In this document: in pieces, positions 33,923 to 41,516 of the stretch | Numbering within the stretch: the first letter of the stretch is position 1 | How the letters are laid out: each line of letters opens with the position of its first letter | Assembly: GCA_963809895.1 (NCBI GenBank) | Contig: CAWELD010000003.1 | Span: forward strand, 1,312,001-1,376,000 | DNA length: 64,000 nt | Source: an uncultured Gemmatimonadales bacterium | Lineage (GTDB): Bacteria; Gemmatimonadota; Gemmatimonadetes; Longimicrobiales; Gaopeijiaceae | Reading direction: 5' to 3' | The notes under the pieces: generated by a model | What the model was told of the DNA's origin: nothing | Database searches by the model: none | Seen by the model: only the letters and a program-made list of their open reading frames with translations | Position numbers and translations under genes: made by a program

Positions 33923-34414
33923 GACAGCTCTCCGGCGCCGGCGCCTGCCGATGCGTCGGTCGCCGCCGTGTCGGCCGCGGCCCGACGAGGATCGGTGCCC
34001 TCGACCCAGCGCGAAGGACCCTCGGCATAGTGCTCGCGCTTCCAGACCGGAAGCCGCTTCTTGATGGCCTCGATCACGTGGCGGGACGCCCGATACGCCG
34101 CATCCCGGTGGGCGCTGGCCACGGCGATGGCCACGCTCACCTCGCCGATGTCGAGCTCGCCGACGCGGTGCCAGGCCGCCGCCCGACCGCCGTCCAGCAT
34201 CGCCTCGGCCTCCTCGACGATGGCGGCCAGCACCGGCTCGGCCATGGCTTCGTAGGCTTCGTAGGTCATCCCCGTCACGGGCCGGCCGTCGGCATGATCG
34301 CGCACGGTCCCGAGAAAGAGGAGGACCGCACCGTGGGCCGGGATCCGTCACGGCGGACAGCACGCGGGAGGGCTCCAGGGCGTCGCGGGTGATGCCCGAG
34401 CGCGAGGGGGTCAC
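33919..34414 (-). pseudogene. moaE: Molybdopterin synthase catalytic subunit MoaE with a +1 frameshift (real or assembly error)
   Basis: N-terminal ITRDALEPSRVLSAVTDP in one frame and AHGAVLLFLGTVRDH...YEAY...HRVG...SAHR...PVWKRE in another; 496 nt = 165 codons + 1. Confidence 0.8.
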
Positions 34415-34418
34415 GGTG

Positions 34419-34664
34419 TCATCCCCCGGCCACCGGCGGGATGAACGCCACCTCGTCGCCGTGCGCCAGGACGGTGCTCGCCGGGGCGTACTCGCGATTC
34501 ACGGCAACCGCCGGGTCCGGCGGCAGCTGATCGAAGGGCGTCCCCCGCTCCCGCAGCGTACCCACCAGATCGGCCACGGTCGCATCGCGGGGCACCGTGA
34601 CCTGAAGGCGCTCGGAGCCCACGACGTCGCGATACGTGGCAAAGAAGAGGGCCTGAACGTCCAT
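34419..34664 (-). CDS. moaD: Molybdopterin synthase sulfur carrier MoaD
   Basis: LFFA, AVN, DEVAFIPPVAGG C-terminus. Confidence 0.94.
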   Translation of the reverse strand: MDVQALFFATYRDVVGSERLQVTVPRDATVADLVGTLRERGTPFDQLPPDPAVAVNREYAPASTVLAHGDEVAFIPPVAGG

Positions 34665-34710
34665 GGTCGCCGCGGGCGTGCAGAAGAGGGGCGCGAGCCG
34701 GAAACCCGGC

Positions 34711-34740
34711 ACGCTATAGCAACCCCCGGGGCCCCGTCAA
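34711..34740 (-). promoter_or_regulatory. Putative promoter of moaD-moaE-moaA
   Basis: TTGACG with TATAGC (16 nt spacer) or TAGCGT (18 nt spacer). Confidence 0.5.
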
Positions 34741-34771
34741 CGTTCCTCGCCGGGCCGACACCGTGTCCGGG

Positions 34772-35305
34772 TCAGAAGGGCAATCCCCCACCCAACCCGG
34801 CGGCGCCGCCGGGCCCGCCGGGCGGCCCTCCGCCCTGGAGGCGCCGGATGCGTTGGCTGAACTCGTCGCGCAGCGTGTAGAAGCGCACCACCTGTGGCGG
34901 ACTCATGATCTCCAGCAGGCGTGCCTGCTCTCGCTGGAGCAGGTCCGCCTCGTCGTTCTGGATCGCCACCATCTCGGCCAACGCCTCGCGCGCGGCCTCG
35001 TCGGAGAGGAGCGTCGAGGTGCCGCGGAGTCGCTGACGCAGCTGCATGTCACGCTGATTGAGGGCCCGGCGCTCGTCCTGGAACCCGCGCACCGCCGCGG
35101 CCAGCTCCCGCCCCTGAGCGGGGTCCAGGCCCAGCTCGGCCAGCACGCGCTGCTGAAAACGCGCCATGATCTGCCGCTCCATCTCCTGCCGGCCCTGAGG
35201 TGGACCCCGCCGGACCTGGGCACCTGCGGTGGGGGCACCAACCGCCAGGACGACGGCCATGGTCATCAGCACCAGCAGCGTTCGCGTCGTCGGTCGCGTG
35301 CTCAT
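34772..35305 (-). CDS. Exported Spy/CpxP-like helical protein
   Basis: Signal peptide ending AGA; LGLDPAQ and IMSPPQ LTxxQ-like motifs; coupled to the anti-sigma gene. Confidence 0.7.
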   Translation of the reverse strand: MSTRPTTRTLLVLMTMAVVLAVGAPTAGAQVRRGPPQGRQEMERQIMARFQQRVLAELGLDPAQGRELAAAVRGFQDERRALNQRDMQLRQRLRGTSTLLSDEAAREALAEMVAIQNDEADLLQREQARLLEIMSPPQVVRFYTLRDEFSQRIRRLQGGGPPGGPGGAAGLGGGLPF

Positions 35306-35820
35306 CCTCCCATCTCCTCCAGCAGCTGACTGAGCTGCTCGTCGCTGAGGCCGTCCAGCACGGGGGCTCCGGCGACGAGGGGATCGTCGCTGACCCAGAG
35401 CGTGCTCTCGGAATCCAGCTCCATCTGGGCCTCCTCCACGTAGATCTCCGGCGTCCGCATGCGCTGGACCATGGACGGTGTGCCCAGCGCCAGCACGACG
35501 ACCGCCGCCGCCGCCAGCGCCCAGGCCGGCACACGCCGGCCACTCAGCCAGGCGCCCCAGCCCCTGCGAGCACCCGCCGGGGGGCGAGCCTGTGACGCAT
35601 CGGCCCGCAATCCTTCCCGCACTCCGGCCCCGATGCGGGCCGCGAGCTCGGCACTGAGCCGGGGCCGATGGGCGGCCAGGCCGGTGAGCAGCGCCAACTC
35701 GTCGGCACAGTCGGCGCAGTCCCGCACGTGCTCCTCCACCCGGGCCCGCTCGGCGGCGTTCGCCCGTCCCGAAGCGACGTCGGCCAAGCGCTCCTTCCAC
35801 GTGCTGTCGCAGTCGTTCAT
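35302..35820 (-). CDS. Zinc-binding (zf-HC2) transmembrane anti-sigma factor
   Basis: HVRDCADC (HxxxCxxC), one TM segment (WALAAAAVVVLALG), coupled to ECF sigma. Confidence 0.85.
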   Translation of the reverse strand: MNDCDSTWKERLADVASGRANAAERARVEEHVRDCADCADELALLTGLAAHRPRLSAELAARIGAGVREGLRADASQARPPAGARRGWGAWLSGRRVPAWALAAAAVVVLALGTPSMVQRMRTPEIYVEEAQMELDSESTLWVSDDPLVAGAPVLDGLSDEQLSQLLEEMGG

Positions 35821-36377
35821 GACTCGCTCTCCATCCTGTCGCGCAGCCGGCGAATCCCGTGATGGTAATTCACCCGCGCGGCGCCTTCACTCGATCCGAT
35901 GATCTCCCCCACCTCGCGAAAGCTCAGCCCCTCGTCCACACGGAGCTGGACGGCCAGCCGCTGCTTCTCCGGCAGCTCCGCCAGGTACGCCCGCGCCCGG
36001 CCCGCCTCGGCGCGGCTCACCGTCTCCCGGTCGGGCGTGGGTCCGTCGTCCGCCAACGTCGCCACGTCGTCCAGTCCCGTCTCCCGCCTCCGACCTGTCC
36101 GGCGCAGGCTTCCCCTCGCCTCGTTGACGACGATGCTCAACAACCAGGTCCTGAACTGCGCGTCTCCCCGGAACGACGCCAATCCGCGAAACGCTTTGAG
36201 CAGCGCATCCTGCACCGCGTCGGCGGCTCGCTCCGGATCGTGGACGATACCCAGCGCCACCCGATACGCCACCTCCTGATGACGCATCAGCAGCACGTCC
36301 AGCGACCGGTCGTCGCCCTCCATGGCCCGCTCGACCAGGATCGGGTCGGGGAGGGCCGAGTCATCGTCTCTCACCAC
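35817..36377 (-). CDS. ECF-family RNA polymerase sigma factor
   Basis: AADAVQDALLKA...FRTWLLSI (region 2); LPEKQR...GLSFREVGEIIG (region 4). Confidence 0.92.
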   Translation of the reverse strand: MVRDDDSALPDPILVERAMEGDDRSLDVLLMRHQEVAYRVALGIVHDPERAADAVQDALLKAFRGLASFRGDAQFRTWLLSIVVNEARGSLRRTGRRRETGLDDVATLADDGPTPDRETVSRAEAGRARAYLAELPEKQRLAVQLRVDEGLSFREVGEIIGSSEGAARVNYHHGIRRLRDRMESES

Positions 36378-36383
36378 GGATGG

Positions 36384-36410
36384 GATGCGCCGACGGGGTG
36401 GACCGTTAAA
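36384..36410 (-). promoter_or_regulatory. Possible autoregulatory ECF promoter
   Basis: TTTAAC-16 nt-GCATC, 6 nt before the GTG. Confidence 0.35.
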
Positions 36411-36483
36411 ACACCGCCGGGGCCCGGAACCGCGCAGGCGGCCCGGGCCCCGGCGGGGCGCGGCAAGAGCAGGTCCGACCGGG

Positions 36484-36783
36484 TCAGAGCTGGTCCTTGT
36501 TGGCCTTGGCTACCCGGGTGCGCAAGTGCTTGGAGGGCTTGAAGACCGGAACCATGCGGGCGGGCACCTTGACGGCGTCGCCGGTGCGCGGGTTCCGGGC
36601 CATGCGGGTCTTGCGCCGGCGAACCTTGAAGGTGCCGAAGCCGCGGATCTCGATATTCTCGCCGCTGGCCAGCGCGCGCTTGACGGCATTGAGGAAGCCG
36701 TCGACCACGAGGGCGCAGTCCTTCTTGGTGACTCCCGGCCCGATGGCGTCGGCCACCTGTTCCACCAGATCCGCCTTCGTCAT
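36484..36783 (-). CDS. HU/IHF family DNA-binding protein
   Basis: MTKADLV...IEIRGFGTF...ARNPRTG...PVFKPS. Confidence 0.95.
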   Translation of the reverse strand: MTKADLVEQVADAIGPGVTKKDCALVVDGFLNAVKRALASGENIEIRGFGTFKVRRRKTRMARNPRTGDAVKVPARMVPVFKPSKHLRTRVAKANKDQL

Positions 36784-36833
36784 TCCTTACCTCCGTGGTC
36801 GTCCGAGATGACACCGCGCCCGCTTGGGGGGCC

Positions 36834-36863
36834 ACCGTAACTTGCGACAGCACAAGCCGTCAA
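36834..36863 (-). promoter_or_regulatory. Putative promoter of HU/IHF gene
   Basis: TTGACG-18 nt-TACGGT; spacer holds imperfect palindrome CTTGTG-ctgt-CGCAAG. Confidence 0.5.
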
Positions 36864-36884
36864 GGGATTCCGGTGACCGCTTCC

Positions 36885-37997
36885 TCAATCGGTGTCGCGG
36901 GCCTCCATCTTCTGGATGAATTGATCGAACAGGTAGCGGCTGTCGTGGGGCCCCGGCGCCGCCTCGGGGTGATACTGCACCGAGAACACGGGCCGCGAAA
37001 CGTGCTCCAGTCCCTCGACGGTGCCGTCGTAGAGATTCACGTGGGTCAGCCGTAGCTCCGGCGCCCCCGCGATCTCCCGGTCCTCCCCTCCCCGCACGGC
37101 GAATCCGTGGTTCTGCGAGGTGATCTCCACCGTGCCCCGGTCCAGGTACTTGACCGGATGATTGGCGCCGTGATGGCCGAAGGGCAGCTTGTACGTCTGG
37201 CCCCCGAAGGCGCGGGCGATGAGCTGGTGCCCGAGGCAGATGCCGAACACCGGCACACCGCGCTCGGAAAGACGGAGAATCGCCTCGCGTGCGTGCTCCA
37301 CGGCGGCCGGATCGCCGGGCCCGTTGGACACGAACAGGCCGCTGGGGTCGTCGGCGAGGATCTCGTCGACCGTCGTCGCGCCCGGCAGGATCGTCACCCG
37401 GCAGCCCCGCTCCGCCAGAAGCCGCGGCGAATGGGCCTTCACGCCGAAGTCGTACGCCAACACGTGGAAGCGCTCGGCTCCCACGGCGGGCACGACGTAG
37501 CGCTTGTCGGTGGTCACCCGGCACGCCAGGTCGAGGCCCTCCATGTGGGGGTGCGCCCGGATCTGCTCCAGGAGTCGGTCGGGATCGGTGTCGGCCGGCG
37601 CGATGGCGCCGCGCATCGCCCCCTGCGCCCGGATGTGCCGGGTGAGCGCCCGGGTGTCCACGTCGGCGATGCCGGTGATGCCGTGCGACGTGAGATAGCT
37701 CTGCAGGGATTCCTCCGCGCGCCAGGACGAGGGACGGCGCGCCGCTTCCCGGACGATGAAGCCCGAGACCTGGGGCGCCTCGGACTCGCGATCCTCGTCG
37801 TTGACGCCGTAGTTGCCCTGGAGCGGGTAGGTCATGGTGACCAGCTGACCGGAGTAGGACGGATCCGTGAGGATCTCCTGGTAGCCCGTCATGCTGGTGT
37901 TGAAGACCACTTCTCCCAGGGTGGGCCCGCGGGCGCCGAGCGCGAGGCCGTCGAAACGGCGGCCGTCTTCGAGGAGGAGGTACGCGGCGTCGGACAG
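36885..37997 (-). CDS. carA: Carbamoyl-phosphate synthase small subunit (probable CTG start)
   Basis: AYLLLEDG...GEVVFNTSMTGYQE, SNGPGDP, GICLGHQ, QYHPE; homology extends 29 codons upstream of the ORF-track start. Confidence 0.93.
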   Translation of the reverse strand: MSDAAYLLLEDGRRFDGLALGARGPTLGEVVFNTSMTGYQEILTDPSYSGQLVTMTYPLQGNYGVNDEDRESEAPQVSGFIVREAARRPSSWRAEESLQSYLTSHGITGIADVDTRALTRHIRAQGAMRGAIAPADTDPDRLLEQIRAHPHMEGLDLACRVTTDKRYVVPAVGAERFHVLAYDFGVKAHSPRLLAERGCRVTILPGATTVDEILADDPSGLFVSNGPGDPAAVEHAREAILRLSERGVPVFGICLGHQLIARAFGGQTYKLPFGHHGANHPVKYLDRGTVEITSQNHGFAVRGGEDREIAGAPELRLTHVNLYDGTVEGLEHVSRPVFSVQYHPEAAPGPHDSRYLFDQFIQKMEARDTD

Positions 37998-38037
37998 GGT
38001 GGGCCTCCGGGAGGGGGTCGGGGCGAGGGTCGGGAGA

Positions 38038-38065
38038 AAGGTAGACGCGCCCCCGCGGGCGTCAA
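38038..38065 (-). promoter_or_regulatory. Putative promoter of carA
   Basis: TTGACG-16 nt-TACCTT. Confidence 0.6.
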
Positions 38066-38141
38066 GCCGGGAGGCCCCTTCCCCATCGTCGCCCTCCCTC
38101 TACCTTTCTCAGGCCACGCTCCACGACCCCATGCGAAGCCC

Positions 38142-38735
38142 ATGACCGATCTTCCTGTCGTCCACATCCACGCCGACGAGTCCTGCCTGGGCAACCAGTT
38201 CCAGGATCGGCAGAACCCCGGCGGCGCCGGCGGCCTCGTGGAAGTGTGGAAGGACGGCGCCTGGGTGCGACGGGACTTCTGGATCGCGGAGCCCGACACC
38301 ACCAACAACCGCATGGCGATCCGCAGCGCCATCGAGGCGCTCGAAGCGCTCACGAGGCCCTGCGAGGTCGTGTTCGTGTCGGACTCCCAGTATCTGATCA
38401 AGGGGATATCCGAGTGGCTCCCGGGGTGGAAGGCCCGGGGTTGGAAGCGCAAAGGCGGTCGCATCGAGAACCTGGAGCTCTGGAAGGAGCTGGACCGCAG
38501 GAGCGCCCGCCACCAGGTGAGCTGGCGCTGGATCAGAGGGCACGCCGGCCACCCGCGCAACGAGTACGCCAACGACCTGGCCGTGCGGGCCGCCAAGACG
38601 CAGAAGAGCTCGCCGGGTCTGGTGGCGTCGGGATTCCAGGACTGGCTCGAGGAGCAGCGCGAGCGCTCGGGGCGCTACATGGACTTCTACGAGTTCCTGC
38701 CGCCGGACGAGGATGAGGCCCGCCGCGAGCGCTGA
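38142..38735 (+). CDS. rnhA: Ribonuclease HI family protein (atypical active site)
   Basis: HADESCLGN...NPGG, TTNNRM, SDSQY, WK.RGWK, N..LW..LD, WIRGHAGHP.NE. Confidence 0.9.
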   Translation: MTDLPVVHIHADESCLGNQFQDRQNPGGAGGLVEVWKDGAWVRRDFWIAEPDTTNNRMAIRSAIEALEALTRPCEVVFVSDSQYLIKGISEWLPGWKARGWKRKGGRIENLELWKELDRRSARHQVSWRWIRGHAGHPRNEYANDLAVRAAKTQKSSPGLVASGFQDWLEEQRERSGRYMDFYEFLPPDEDEARRER

Positions 38736-38766
38736 CGGGAGGTGCTGACGGAACATCCAGGATGCA

Positions 38767-38806
38767 CGAAGCCCCCGGAGCCGACACGCCGTCTCCAGGG
38801 GCTTCG
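38767..38806. terminator. Hairpin ending rnhA and/or the convergent ncRNA candidate
   Basis: CGAAGCCCC/GGGGCTTCG 9-bp stem extended by GGAG/CTCC. Confidence 0.6.
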
Positions 38807-39079
38807 ATATTCGCTGGCGGAGTCCAGATTCCGGTTGGTTCCATCCGCGTGCGGATGGCGGGTCCGGCTCCATTCCGGGTTCAGCGTGCGGCCGCCTTCC
38901 CAGGCGTCCCCGAGCTCCGGGGACTTCGGCGGAGGCCAGCGACCTCTCTGCCGTCGAGGGAGGATCCAACCTCCTCCACCCGCTGCCGCCTCGACACCGT
39001 CGCGCCGATTCAGCGTTGCGACCCGACGTCGTTGAAGGATGACCATCGCCATCGTTCCAACGATCCACAGCGGAATCGC
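38767..39079 (-). ncRNA. Candidate structured non-coding RNA of unrecognised family
   Basis: Own promoter, several stems whose wobble positions are G-U only on the minus strand, terminal hairpin, no credible ORF. Confidence 0.55.
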
Positions 39080-39085
39080 ACCACC

Positions 39086-39114
39086 ATCATGCACGTCTGA
39101 CCGGCCGGGTGCAA
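39086..39114 (-). promoter_or_regulatory. Putative promoter of ncRNA candidate
   Basis: TTGCAC-17 nt-CATGAT, 6 nt before the first stem. Confidence 0.5.
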
Positions 39115-39333
39115 GGGGGACGAAGCCACCTCGCGCAATTCGTGGTCAGCCGACTTCAAACCATTGGGACATAAGCACATCAGGTCGCTGACCACAACGA
39201 CCGCCCCAGGAGCCGCCGGCGTGGCAAACGGATGAATTCTCCTGAGTTCGGCGCATGCTCACGCGACTTGTTCCAGAAGGAACGAGAAGAAGCACGGAAC
39301 CGGCGCGATTCGATGATTGTTGTCTGGACCACA

Positions 39334-40005
39334 TCACTGCTCCGACCCGTGCTCAGCAAGCGTCCGCCCGAAGCGCGCCGCGACGGCCCCGGCCACCGCG
39401 GCCCGTACCCGGGCATGGTCGGGCGCCGCCCCCAGCTCCCGTTCCATGGAGGTCACGTCACGGTCGCGGATGCCACAGGGCACGATGGTCTCGAAGAACG
39501 AGAGGTCGGGGGCGACGTTGAGGGCGAACCCGTGCGAGGTGATCCAGCCCGACGACACCCGGACGCCGATGGCGGCGATCTTGCCCACCTCGGTCCAGAC
39601 GCCCGTGTACCCCGACTCGGTGTGGGTGACGATCCCGAAGCCCGTAAGCGCGTCCATGAGGGCCCCTTCCAGATCGCGCAGGTAGCGGTGCAGGTCCTTG
39701 CGGTCGGGCTTGAGGTCCAGGATGGGGTAGCCCACGAGTTGGCCCGGACCGTGGTAGGTGACGTCCCCACCCCGCCCCACCCGGTGAAGCGTCATGCCCA
39801 ACCGCTCGCGGGCATCCTCGTCCACCAGGACGTGCCCCGGCTCGGAGCTGGTGCCCAGCGTCAGGACGTGGGGGTGCTCGAGGAGGAGGAGTGTGTCCGG
39901 CTCACGTCCCGCGCGCACGGCCTTCACGAGGTCGTCCTGGAGCGCCAGGCCCTCCTCGTAGCCCACCTCTCCCAGGTGACGGACCGTCAGGACCCGCTGG
40001 GACAT
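39334..40005 (-). CDS. lipB: Octanoyltransferase LipB
   Basis: LLEHPHVLTLG, RGGDVTYHGPGQLVGYP, KIAAIG, HGFALN, IVPCGI. Confidence 0.95.
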   Translation of the reverse strand: MSQRVLTVRHLGEVGYEEGLALQDDLVKAVRAGREPDTLLLLEHPHVLTLGTSSEPGHVLVDEDARERLGMTLHRVGRGGDVTYHGPGQLVGYPILDLKPDRKDLHRYLRDLEGALMDALTGFGIVTHTESGYTGVWTEVGKIAAIGVRVSSGWITSHGFALNVAPDLSFFETIVPCGIRDRDVTSMERELGAAPDHARVRAAVAGAVAARFGRTLAEHGSEQ

Positions 40006-40031
40006 GGTCACGGCCCCCCGGGGCTGGATCG

Positions 40032-41459
40032 TCAGGCGTCCTCGGGGAAGTCCTCCAGGACCTCCTTGAGGCGCGCCAGGAAGCGGGCGGCGTCGGCTCC
40101 GTCCACCAGGCGATGGTCGTAGCCGAGGCTGAAGAGAGACCGCTTGCGGATGGCGATGGTGTCCGCACCGTCGGCGCCCTCCACCACCACGACGCGCTTC
40201 TCGATGGCGCCGGTCCCCAGGATGGCAGCCGTGCCCTTGGGGATCACCGGCAGCCCCACCAGCGTCCCCAGCACACCGGGGTTGGTGATGGAGAAGGTCG
40301 CGCCCTGGATCTCCTGCGGCTGGAGCTGCTTGCTCCGGGCCCGCTCCGCCAGGTCGACGATGCGACGGCCGATGCCCACCAGGCTCAGATCGTCGGTGTC
40401 GTGCATCACCGGCACGATGAGGCCGGGATTCAGGTCCACCGCCATGCCCACGTTGATGTTGCCGCGGTAGATGATGTTGTTGCCCGAAATCGTGGCGTTG
40501 ACCATGGGGAACTCCCGCAGCACGCGGCTGCACGCCCAGGCCACGAAGGCGGTGAAGCTCACCCGGGCGCCCTGTTCTTCCCAGCGCTTCTTGTTCGCCC
40601 TGCGCATCCGATCGACGGCGGTGAAGTCGATCTCGATGAACGAGTGGACGTGGGGCGCCACCCGCTTGGCCAGCACCATGTGCTCCGCCGTGAGCCGGCG
40701 GATCTTGTCCATGGGCTCCACGCGGTCCGCCGGTCGCACCGGGAACTCCGGGTGCTGGACCTGGCCGTAGAAGATCTTCCAGAACTCCGAGGGCTCCACG
40801 GCAGCCGCGGGCGCTTCGCCCCGAGTCGGCGAGGGCGCCTGGGCGGCGGGCCTGGCCGGCTCCGCGGCAGGCTCCGCGGGAGCGGGCTCGGCCTCGGCCC
40901 CACCGGACTCGATGTAGTCCAGGATGTCCTGCTTGGTCACGCGGCCGGCGTGCCCGCTACCGGGCACGTCGGCGATGTCGATGCCCTTCTCCTCGGCGAT
41001 CCTCCGGACCACGGGCGTGGAGCGGGTCCGCAGGCGCTCTTCGGCGCTCCCCGGCTCCGCTTTCACCTCTGCCTCTTCCGGCTCCGGCTCCGACTCCGAC
41101 TCCGTGCCCGCAGCCTCGCTCTCCGGAGCGGCCTCGGCCGCCTCCGGCGTGCCCTCGGACGACTCGTCGGCGGCCTCGGGGGCCTCCTGCTCAGCCTGCG
41201 CCGCGTCGGGCGCGCCGCCTTCGGGGTCGATGTAGGCGACCACGGTGCCCACCTCGACGGTCTCGCCTTCCTGGACCTCGATGGCTACCAGCGTCCCGGA
41301 GGCCGGGGCGGGAATCTCGGCATCCACCTTGTCGGTGGAGATCTCCAGGATGGGTTCGTCGCGCTCGACGGTGTCACCGAGGGACTTGAGCCACTTGGAA
41401 ACGGTGCCCTCCGCGATGGATTCGCCCATCTGGGGCATGGGAACTTCGATCCGAGACAC
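40032..41459 (-). CDS. 2-oxoacid dehydrogenase E2 (dihydrolipoamide acyltransferase), one lipoyl domain
   Basis: ISTDKVDAE lipoyl site, GSG..GRVTK.D binding domain, YDHRLVDG. Confidence 0.93.
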   Translation of the reverse strand: MSRIEVPMPQMGESIAEGTVSKWLKSLGDTVERDEPILEISTDKVDAEIPAPASGTLVAIEVQEGETVEVGTVVAYIDPEGGAPDAAQAEQEAPEAADESSEGTPEAAEAAPESEAAGTESESEPEPEEAEVKAEPGSAEERLRTRSTPVVRRIAEEKGIDIADVPGSGHAGRVTKQDILDYIESGGAEAEPAPAEPAAEPARPAAQAPSPTRGEAPAAAVEPSEFWKIFYGQVQHPEFPVRPADRVEPMDKIRRLTAEHMVLAKRVAPHVHSFIEIDFTAVDRMRRANKKRWEEQGARVSFTAFVAWACSRVLREFPMVNATISGNNIIYRGNINVGMAVDLNPGLIVPVMHDTDDLSLVGIGRRIVDLAERARSKQLQPQEIQGATFSITNPGVLGTLVGLPVIPKGTAAILGTGAIEKRVVVVEGADGADTIAIRKRSLFSLGYDHRLVDGADAARFLARLKEVLEDFPEDA

Positions 41460-41516
41460 GCTCGTTTCTCCAGGATTTCCGTGGTTGTTCAGCAGACTTT
41501 GATCTTATCCGATCCG

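Noticed and set aside
32924..34414. Apparent 496-aa extended or fused MoaA
   Set aside because: Artefact of the moaE frameshift; MoaA homology starts near 33922.
37107..38735. 542-aa ORF suggesting a long N-terminal fusion to RNase H
   Set aside because: The upstream part is antisense to carA; RNase H homology starts at ATG 38142.
38870..39017. c-di-AMP (ydaO) riboswitch resemblance from CGCTGAA...CAGCG
   Set aside because: The downstream GGGGGACC and CCCGAACCCG.CAGCTAAC elements are absent and no same-strand gene follows.
38687..39094. 135-aa minus-strand ORF with a hydrophobic start, and other ORFs in the rnhA-lipB gap
   Set aside because: The start lies inside the predicted promoter, there is no RBS, it overlaps the rnhA end and has no recognisable domain; RNA structure explains the region better. 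Not formally excluded.
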